Assembly: GCA_951406725.2 (NCBI GenBank) | Contig: OX597814.1 | Coordinates: 190,154,001-190,218,000, forward strand | Length of the DNA: 64,000 nucleotides | Source: Octopus vulgaris | Taxonomy: Eukaryota | Reading direction: 5' to 3' | Position numbers and translations under genes: made by a program | Part shown: positions 54,583 through 64,000 of the stretch, in pieces | Layout of the letters: each line of letters begins with the position of its first letter | Position numbering within the stretch: the first letter of the stretch is position 1 | Notes under the pieces: model-generated | Told to the model about the DNA's origin: nothing | Seen by the model: the letters and a program-made list of their open reading frames with translations, nothing else | Databases searched by the model: none

Positions 54583-54585
<3 letters not shown>

Positions 54586-54935
54586 TATATAATATCCGTT
54601 CTGTCTGTCTGTGTGTGTGGCTTCTAGGATCTCGGGCATCCTCCATCCGATTGCGCTCAAATTTGATATGTAGATACCGACGGTATCAGGGTGTGTATAA
54701 GACTTGAAAAAATCCAGGTGAGAATGCGATCGATAAAGCCGTCGGAAATCGTTTTTCTTTGGAATAGAAAAAAAGTCTATCGTTATTTCTTCTTTTGCTG
54801 GTGTCTCAAATTTAGGTTAAATCAGTGTTTCTCAAAGGGGAGGCCTATGGGACGGTCGGACAAGTTGTTTTGAGAAAATTTGGTTTAAATGTTTGACAAC
54901 TCAGCACCGTCCATTGGACAGGGGGCGTTTTGCTC

Positions 54936-54936
<1 letters not shown>
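54583..54936 (+). mobile_element. Non-autonomous Helitron of another family, inserted in (TA)n
   Basis: 5' A|TCTTATATAATA, CTGT microsatellite, CCGATT..CAAATTT motif, 3' hairpin GTCC-ATT-GGAC and CTCG|T end. Confidence 0.65.
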
Positions 54937-54990
<54 letters not shown>

Positions 54991-57900
54991 GGACGTACCG
55001 TTTAGGTAGGCAAGGTAGTTTTGCAATTCCTATAGATCTTTAATGTAATAATTTTCTGTGAAATTTATGCATAAACGGATGTTCTTTGAAGACTAAAACG
55101 ATGCATTTTTATTCTTTTATCTTTTAGTCAGAAGGAAAAGTAATGGCATTACCTTTCACAGGTCCTCCAATACTGGTGTGAAGGAAGAAGGTTTCTTCAA
55201 ATTGGAAACCCTGCCCGAATGCTTATCAGAGAGTGAACTCACCTAAAAACATCAAAGGGCCTTGAAATTTACTATACAAATAGTCCTTGGCAGGATTTGG
55301 ACGTAGCAACCAAAGAGCCGGAACAAATACCACAAAGCAGCCGAACCGATAGTTTCTACAGTTCCACCTATTTACTGTCCTAGTTTGATAATTTTTTTCA
55401 GTCAAACTTCAAAAGGATGAACGGCAAAGTTGACCTCGATTGAAATTAAACTCAGAACGCAGACTATCAGAACAAATGCTCATTTCTTTCTGCCACCATG
55501 TTCACTGTTGTTCCTTTTGGGTTTTAATTTTTCTGTTAATTGATGGTAGTTTTTCAGGTTTTAACATCTCATTTGTTTTGGAATATTTAATCACAGGATC
55601 TACCTTAATTATGTTCATACTTTCAATATAAGTCTGTCGTGGAATACTTTGTAACAGCACATACCATGTTCTACATTAGATTCGTACACTTAACGCCTAA
55701 ACACATCAGCTATCACTTACACACCCATGTAAAATCCTATTTTATTTTCTTGATTGTTTAATCAAAGCAGGTAGGATAGGGTTCATAACCATTGCGGTGT
55801 CCCCGAGACAACTGGAAGAAATCGTGACTCATAATTTACTGCTCACCACTGCTTCGCTTGGCGTAAATAGTCCATCTGGAAATCAATGCCTTCGGATGGA
55901 ACTGCTAGCAAAGCGAACAGTCTCCTGTAATGTTATTTACGAGATTAAGACCCTCGTGTATTTGTTCTGAACCTCTCCTAAAGAACTACTTCCACATTTA
56001 CCCTTTGCTGTTTACCCTCTAGCAAAATAGCCTCATTTTGTAAGCAATATGTGATAGAAAGCAGTGCGTCAAAATATTAAGTTATTCTTAAACAGGAAAC
56101 TTGATTGGTATGCTTATAGTAATATTAGACCCCTATAAAAATATCCCAAGCTCAAGTCGTGGTGCTAAAACAGGTGGTAGACAGAAATAATTTTGTGGGC
56201 AGTCACAAAGTAATTATTAGAAACGAGTTGTAATTTTGAGACGAAGAAGAAATCTTCGTAGCCGTAAAATCTTATATCAACAATATCAATGGATATCTCT
56301 GGCTCAATAAAAGCAGTTAAAAGACCAAATACTTTCTCTGCGAATTGAAATGGAATGGAATACATTTTCTCCCGTAAGAAGACAGACATTTACATACAAA
56401 CAAGGTTAAAAGGTAGTGATTATAGAGAAATACCTCTAATTTTACGGTCGTATCTTACACCATAACATATATGTGAAGCAACATCGTAGAATACATTCTA
56501 ACTATACACACCGTAAAGAGAACATCAAAGAATTTCCAAATTTTAACCTTGTCTTCTTTATTAGTCACTTTAGTATATATTTATTGTAAAAGAAACGCCA
56601 GTATCGCAGACCATTTTACAGAATATGTTCAGAATGTTATGAAAATCATTCACGATTGAATTATATTCACTAGACCACAATTTACCAAATCCGTCCGATT
56701 ATGTACACTTTCTTCTCAGGAGCATGCCAGCTCTTACATGTAGGAAACGGAAAACTAAGTGTTAAGCCATCCACAGAAATATGCCAGCGTATCATGTATA
56801 CTTCAAGTGTAAGTAATCATAAAAGATAACTTAAAAGAAGGATTCATACAAAGACACACACATAATAACATTAAATGTTAAATTTTGCCAGTCTCAATGC
56901 AGATTTACTCTATTTATTCATCTCTTATTAATAGTTTTATATGGCATCTTGTTAAATCAGGTAGATAACAACTGTGTTTTGCTAACGCATTAGAAATGTA
57001 AGAGAAAATACTCCGACTTGAAACGAAAAGAGATTTTTCAATTCAGTTCACCAAGAACTTACCATCACACCATAAGAGAGCCTTTTGACTATAGATGCTC
57101 ATAGAGGGAGTCGTGTAACACTTCACCTACACTATACGACTAGAAGACAAAATTACAAAAGAAAAACCTAATAGTATATACGTTGAAATCAAATGAGCAC
57201 AAATTACAAGCAATAATTAAATAAGTCTAGGAAAAACAAGAAGAAAAATCATTTGTAAAGCTGGAGACATTACACAGCAGTTCTTTGTACATCAACAAAG
57301 TGACAACGACCGAAAGCAATACCAGATCTGGGGCAAAATAACTAATATAATTTTCTTGCTCTAAATTGCAGTTGCAATAAAATTAATGAATGTAAAATTG
57401 AGAAAAATTACGAGAGACTCCAGAGAAAGTTCAACCTACAAGTTTGAGGGAAGATCTTAAAGCACACATCGTAAACGAACATACGAAACCACCAGGCAAT
57501 ATGGCAAACGCTACATAGTTGACATAAATTCCCCTTGAATCAATTACATTATTTAGGTTCATTTCACGATTCGTATTTAATTTATTGAGAGAGACGTAAA
57601 CATAGCAATGTCCCACTGATCACTATAAATGCCCTACATTTTATATTTATATGAGGAATCTCTAATTTAGTTTCTGATTGTGACAGTTTCACTTCATCAA
57701 ATTTGTTTACGGCATAAAAAATGATTCGGCAGACACAATTTTAAATATGTGTCCCTATATGTAACTTGAGGCTTTGGAACCTTGTGTTAGATCTTTGCAT
57801 CACTTAGGAAAATGCCTACCTTATAGTAAAAGTTTGCACACCGTACATTATATAAATATCATACTCAGAACAATAGTCAGGTTCTGGTGGAAAAACAAAC

Positions 57901-58254
57901 GAGATAATTGAACGACTCTGATTTGAGACTGAACACTGGAGTTGTTTTTCCAACCCTACCTTCGACCGCCCATTTAAGATTTGGACTTTGTACAAACTAC
58001 ATAATTATTTGTTAGTTTTAAAGTGTCACCGCTCCTCGGAGCGACGAATTATTTCTACCCTAAGGTACATATTTACAGTCAGATGAACTCGGCCCATTTG
58101 CATCTGAGACAGCAGTACAATGAGGGGTTACAAACTACTGACCATTCGACTGGAATCGGTAACCTTGCCACACGGCTATTCATTTGGTTAATGCTTATTC
58201 CTTTACAAGAAAAAAATGTAGTTTTATACGTAGACACTTTTGTTTTTATTTATG

Positions 58255-58553
58255 CACCCTTTTCAAGCCTAGCCAGGTTCATGGGCCCGGTTTCCCGGTT
58301 TCTGTGGCGTATGTGTTCCCCCAGCCGGACGGGATGCCAGTCCATCGCAGCTTTAAGAAAGAGAAAGAGGAAGAGTGAGAGAAAGTTGTGGCGAAAGAGT
58401 ACAACAGACGTCGCCACCACCCACTGCCGGAGGCTCGTGGAGCTTTAGGTGTTTTCGCTCAATAAACACACACAGCGCCCGGTCTGGGAATCGAAACCGC
58501 GATCCTCCGACCGCGAGTCCGCTGTTTTAACCACCGGGCCTTTGCACCTCCAC
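58255..58553 (-). mobile_element. tRNA-SINE family D
   Basis: Homologous to 14505-14720; B box GGTTTCGATTCC. Confidence 0.85.
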
Positions 58554-58846
58554 ATACGTAGACACTGCTTAATACAAAACAACGAAATGCGGCAGCTATT
58601 CTAATTAATTTTTCTTTTACCTTTTCCTTGTTTCAGTCATTGCTCTGCGACCCTTCAAGGGTTTAGTCGAACAAGTCGACCCCGATAACTATTTTAATTT
58701 TAAACCTTGTGCTTATTCTATCTCATGCCGAAGCGCTAGATTACAAAAGCGTAAACACACCAACACCGGTTATCAAGTGGTGGTGGGGAATATGTATAAA
58801 CACACACACACACACACATACACATGTATGTATGTATGTATGTATG

Positions 58847-59253
58847 TTACACTTCCAGATGGGAAGGGTCTTCCTATAATGCTGACATGCAGTGTCTGTG
58901 CAAGACCCTGCCTCAGTAAAGCTGGACTCAAGAGACATCTTCGTAGTCATAAAGCGAGACAGATGAGTGACAACCTGGCCACTGGAGGTGGTGTTATACA
59001 CCATACTAATCATATCTGTCGGGCATGTGGAAGAGAGTGTAATTCAGCAGGAGGACTTAAACGACATGCAAAGGTACATGAAGCCCAGTTACAACTACAG
59101 TCGGCTATTACCAGTAAAGGTTTTAGTTGCCAATTTTGTACAAGACATTGTAGATCTTTAGCTGGGCTAAAAAGTCACATTCGATCACAGCACCAGTAAC
59201 AGTTAAGCTTCGTGCAATAGCCATACTCGATAACGAGGGGGTAGCCATCATCA
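58847..59253 (+). mobile_element. RTE-type LINE 3' end encoding three C2H2 zinc fingers
   Basis: CSVCARPCLSKAGLKRHLRSH, CRACGRECNSAGGLKRHAKVH, CQFCTRHCRSLAGLKSHIRSQH*; the C..C.R.C.S..GL..H pattern is that of RTE C-termini; no TGEKP linkers; short 3' UTR CTCGATAACGAG hairpin then (ATGT)n. Confidence 0.75.
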
Positions 59254-59396
59254 TGTATGTATGTATGTATGTATGTATGTATGTATGTATGTATGTATGT
59301 ATGTATGTATGTATGTATGTATGTATGTATGTTTGTATGTATGTATGTTGTTATGTATGTATGTATGTATGTATGTATGTACAACGGTATTCTTTC

Positions 59397-59620
59397 AGCT
59401 GACAGAAACGTTAGCACACCGGGCGAAATGCGTAGCCGTATTTCGTCTGCCGTTACGTTCTGTGTTCAAATTCCGCCAAGGTCGACTTTGCCTTTCATCC
59501 TTTCGGGGTCGATAAATAAAGTACCAGATTCTCACTGGGGTCGATATAATCGACTTAATCCGTTTGTCTGTCCTTATTTGTCCCCTCTGTGTTTAGCCCC
59601 TTGTGGGTAGTAAAGAAATA
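59397..59620 (+). mobile_element. SINE family C with apparent TSD GGTATTCTTT(T)CAG
   Basis: Duplication at 59386-59398 and 59621-59634. Confidence 0.88.
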
Positions 59621-60317
59621 GGTATTCTTTCAGTTTCCGTCTACCATATCCACCCAACTCACAATCTTCGGTCGGCCCGTGGCTACAATAGAAAACACTT
59701 TACCCAAGGTACAACGCACTGAGACTGATCTCGTAACCGTGTGGTTGAGAAGCAGAAACGTATTGCAAAGTTCCAAAATTATTTAACAACTTAAGAGATT
59801 ATGAGTGTTACGTAATTTTCTAAGTTATTTACATCATTGTAAGAAAGGAAAATTACAGCGGCAGAGAATAACATGCTTTTAGAGTACCGGGCGTTAAAGA
59901 CATTTTTACTGTGAAGTTCATGACAGCTATTATGAATGGAATATTAATCAAAAAAACAAACTAGAATAGTGATTCGGTTGCATAGGTCAGGTTTTTTGGT
60001 TTTGTTTTTGTCTTTGTTGGGGTTTTTTTTTGCATGTCCTCGATACGCAAAGATTATTTTGTCGTTCACTTAGTAAATGTAGGAAGCTTTACGAAGATTC
60101 TACATGGGAGAGTCATGAGATATGCGGAAGATATGTAGTTGGTACTTCGTCAAGCGAGTGAGATATTGCCACGAGTTGGTTTTCAGCCGTCTGCTAAGCG
60201 GCAAACGAAATTTCATACACATATCTACACACATATATACATACGTTTATATAAACATTCACATACATACATACACATACATATATATTTGTGTGTGTGT
60301 GTGTGTGTGTGTGTGTT

Positions 60318-60371
<54 letters not shown>

Positions 60372-60533
60372 CGTGTGTGCGTGCGTGCGTGCGTGCGTGC
60401 GTACATGTGTGTGTGTATACAAACTTATTTCAGTATATGTCAAAGTTTGATACTTGTATAGAAAAGTAAAAGTCGAAAGCTACGGTATGTTCGTATTTCT
60501 TTACAATCTCTCTCTCCCCCTCTCTCTCTTTCT

Positions 60534-60566
<33 letters not shown>

Positions 60567-60604
60567 AATATATATATATATATATATATATATTATTTTA
60601 TTAT

Positions 60605-62555
60605 TTTATTCTTTTAAATGTTTCAGCCTTGTGGCTGTGGCCATGCTGGGGCACCGCCATTGTAATCACCTTTTAATTGGCCAGTTCTATGAGTTTGGCT
60701 TCTGGTGAAGGAGGGAGTTCAATATCGCTGCCCTCTTTTGAGTTTGGCTTCTGGTGAAGGAGGGAGTTCAATATCGCTGCCCTCTTTTGAGTTTTCTGCC
60801 TTGATATTGGTTCATTTGGGATCTTAAATAGTAAGAGGTCATGTTGTTTCTTGAAAATATCTACATGGAGGACTCTCAGATGTTTTGGCAAGGAGTTAGA
60901 TAGCTGTAGACCCTTGAATCCCTAGCTATTGCAGTACATGGTCCTCGATCTAGATGAGACAGATGGGATTTTTGGAACAGTGCAGTGACGTCCATTTCGA
61001 GGCCTGGTATAACTCTCAACTCCAAAGTTTAGTGCCAGCCCCTCCAGTGTCTTCCATACATATATCATTGCGTACCTCTCTCGTCTTCATTCCAGAGAGT
61101 AGAGTCGTAGCTCTTTCAATCTCTCCCAGTAGCTCAGCTGTTCCATTGATGCAATCTTACTTGTGTAGTATCTTAAGTTCTGCTATTAATCCTTGTGTGT
61201 AAGCTGACCATAGTTGAGAGCTGTAATCCAGACGGCTGAGGGCAAATGTCCTCCATAGGACCAGCATAGATTCCTGCTCCCTTGTTCTGAAGGTTCTCAA
61301 AATCCATCCGGTCATTCGCCTGCACACTGTCACCATCTTGGTGACTTGCATGTGAAACGAGGCATCGTTGCTCATATCAATCCCAAGATCACTCACAGTA
61401 TGTGATTCTTGGATTTCCGCTCCTTTTGGTCCAAAGTATCGTTGTTGTAACTTCTGAGCACCAATTAGCTGGTAGCGGAGGGCTTGGAATTTGCTTGCAT
61501 TAAATTGCATGTTGTTGTCCTCAGCCCATTTATATATGGCATGTAGATCTTTCATTTCTTGGAGGCTCTCTACTAATGAATCCCCTTGATTTGGAGCATC
61601 TGGTGGGTGATACATGGTACATATTATTAGTTCCATATGTTTAATGTGTACCACCAGAGTGTCACAGACTGAGTCTGAGTGTGACAGCAGGACCACAGGT
61701 GTGACATCTTTCCGGATGTACATTGCCACAACACCATGGGTCCTTTCTTTCCTGTCAGTTCGAAACACAACATACCCTGGTATGTGTATCTCAGCATCTG
61801 ATATGTTCGCATTCAAATGTGTTTCTGTTAGTGACACACATATTGCTTGATTCCATGCCACTAAGTCACTCAACTACTGTGTTTTGCATTGTTGGGATGT
61901 TACGAGACCCCTGCCCCTGATGCTCAGCAAGAATACGGGTGTGACATGCAGGGTGTCAGTAACGGCCACCGGTCTGACATGTGCAGAGGTGTCAGGGGTA
62001 GCCACCCCGGATCCTTGGCTGTCTGAGGTGGTCGTGGGTACTGGAGCATGTGTCTCATACTGGATGTCTGGTGAAGCCAGATCAGCTGCCTTACAATCTT
62101 CTGGGCGACCTCCAAAAACGCCTGTTGTTCAGCAGCTGCTATCTGCACTGCATCAACAGTTTGTTTCCTCCTAAGAGCAGTGCTTGCACCATCCACACAC
62201 TCCCATGGTGATGGCATGTATCTTGTGATCTGATGCAGTGTTGTTGGCGGTTGTTCTTCCTGCACTGCAGGCGAGTGGAACGAGCACTGCTCATATGGGA
62301 TTTGGGATGAGCAAATCTGCAGCCTGTCCCAATGTCACCATGCCAGCAGGTATCCTTTACATAGAACTTGCAGACTGGTTTGGTTTCCTTTCTACCAGAG
62401 CCAATTACCTTTGCCGGTTCTATTTCGTTTTCCTTGTGAAACCACCTTGGGCCCACATCCATTCTCAGCCCGCCAGCATAATGGTGCCTTTGTTTTTGTT
62501 TGGTTCTCCTGCTTTACTTTGCTGCTTTTTTTCTTCTCCATGCCTGTTAACCTTC
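60605..62555 (-). mobile_element. Internally deleted CR1-clade LINE (CCCH ORF1 remnant, EN fused in frame to RT C-terminus, 3' tail)
   Basis: CKFYVKDTCWHGDIGTGCRFAHP; SLTETHL, RTDRKERTHG, YHPPD; then DLHAIYKWAEDNNMQFNASKF, DLGI, SRLDYSSQLWS; 49-bp tandem duplication 60690-60794. Confidence 0.9.
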
Positions 62556-62559
62556 CTCT

Positions 62560-62960
62560 GATATTGCTGCACTTCTTATGTTCATAGCTTGCACCAAATA
62601 CACTCTACAGAGTTTCTACCTACAACTTTTCCACATATCGAGCAGGGCCTTCTATCTGAAAGGATTTGTGTTTTGTCTGCTTTCCTACCAATTAAGACTT
62701 TGGTTTTTGCTAAATTAACTCTTTGATTCTAGACCTTGCTTCCACACCTGAATTTTTTTATACAGTTCTGGTAGTGATTTAGCTATGAGAACAAGGTCAT
62801 CAGTGTAGAGGAACTCCCAGGGGCAGCCTAACTTAAATTTCTCTGTTATTGCCTGGAGAACTATGATAAACAAGATGGGGGATAAAGACCGACCCTTGGT
62901 GAACCCTACTCGTATACTGAATTCATTACTATATTTGTTGCACAGCTCTCACCAGCCTCT
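62560..62960 (-). pseudogene. RTE-clade reverse transcriptase fragment
   Basis: Frameshifted VHQG/SVLSPILFIIVLQAITEKFKLGCPWEFLYTDDLVLIA, WKQGLES, PCSICGKVVGRNSVEC. Confidence 0.85.
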
Positions 62961-63116
62961 TCTTTATCCCTTGTTTTGTTCCTCTCTTTGAGCCTTATCC
63001 TGACCCTTCTCGGATTCTATGTGGTCACTAGCTTCCTTTTCTTTTTCATACTTTTTTCACACTTAACCACTACTTTATTTTCTCTAAGTCCAAGTGTGAT
63101 TGTATTAAGGTTGTAT

Positions 63117-63163
<47 letters not shown>

Positions 63164-63300
63164 GTCATGGGTGTTTATATATATGTGTGTGTGTACGTAT
63201 TTATTTATTGGGGTGTATATTTATATGTATATATACATATAACCCCATAGATAAATATGCACATACGCATACACACACACACACATACACATATATACGA

Positions 63301-63342
<42 letters not shown>

Positions 63343-63524
63343 CCATAATAAATACGTACATATATATATAGAGAGAGGGAGGAAGAGAGAGAGATTGTAA
63401 AGAAATATATAAACAAACGCACACACGCACACACACAAATAGATATATATGTATGTGTATATATATGCGTATATATATATATATATGTGTGTGTATATAT
63501 ATATATATATCTGTATATGTATGT

Positions 63525-63582
<58 letters not shown>

Positions 63583-64000
63583 ATGCGGTACTTGTCTGCA
63601 TTTTTTTTCCGTTTTTTTTTTGTATAATTATTTTTAAGGACGTTGAAACAGAATAATTATTTCAGGCGATTTGTGCTAATGAGAGTGGGAAGTCGTTAAA
63701 CAAATTGGATTCATGTTGTTTTTTCTTCTTATTTATCCTCTTTTAAGATTCAGTGGCCGTGAAGTAAACTGCTGGAATTTTTAAGTTCGCGTGCACGTGC
63801 GTGTGTGCGTGCGTGCATTCGTGTGTGTGTCTGTGTGTGCGTGTGTGATGAGGAAGGGGTTTTTTTTTGTTGCTTTGTGTTATTTCTTTCTTTTGTGTTC
63901 TATACTTTTGTTTTTTGTTGTTTGTTGTTTTTTCTTTCATTTGTTTTATGCGTGTCAATAAAGTTTCTGCTTTGTTGTAAGAAATTAATAGCCATACAAG

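Larger units (their letters stand above)
58615..59755 (-). mobile_element. Old SINE family A copy split by RTE and SINE C insertions
   Basis: 3' half 58615-58790; 5' half 59625-59755. Confidence 0.7.

Noticed and set aside
58777-59199. Host C2H2 transcription factor gene
   Set aside because: The ORF start runs through microsatellite, linkers are non-canonical, and it sits inside a split SINE with a LINE-like tail.

Overview
AT-rich, microsatellite-saturated eukaryotic DNA with no host protein-coding gene I can support. The SINE families and the microsatellite density suggest an octopod cephalopod (inference from pattern recognition, not verified). Almost all ORFs in the supplied track are translations of (TA)n, (CA)n, (GATA)n and (CATA)n arrays. 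The real content is transposon-derived: Penelope-like elements (PLEs, RT plus GIY-YIG) and their pseudo-LTRs, CR1-, RTE- and R4-type LINE fragments, a DD37D maT transposon, Helitrons, MITEs and at least three tRNA-SINE families. The most striking signal is about 13 type I hammerhead ribozyme (HHR) motifs read by eye. They include a 353-bp tandem, retrozyme-like unit with two perfect HHRs (23763-24408), a tRNA-headed SINE carrying an HHR (8183-8517) and a U3-A8 covariant core (34082-34128). Other items of note are a ubiquitin-specific-protease His-box-like remnant, RTE 3' ends with tandem C2H2 fingers, a covarying SINE/LINE 3' stem-loop and a nested PLE>MITE>SINE+Helitron insertion. Family assignments come from motif recognition only; no searches were run.
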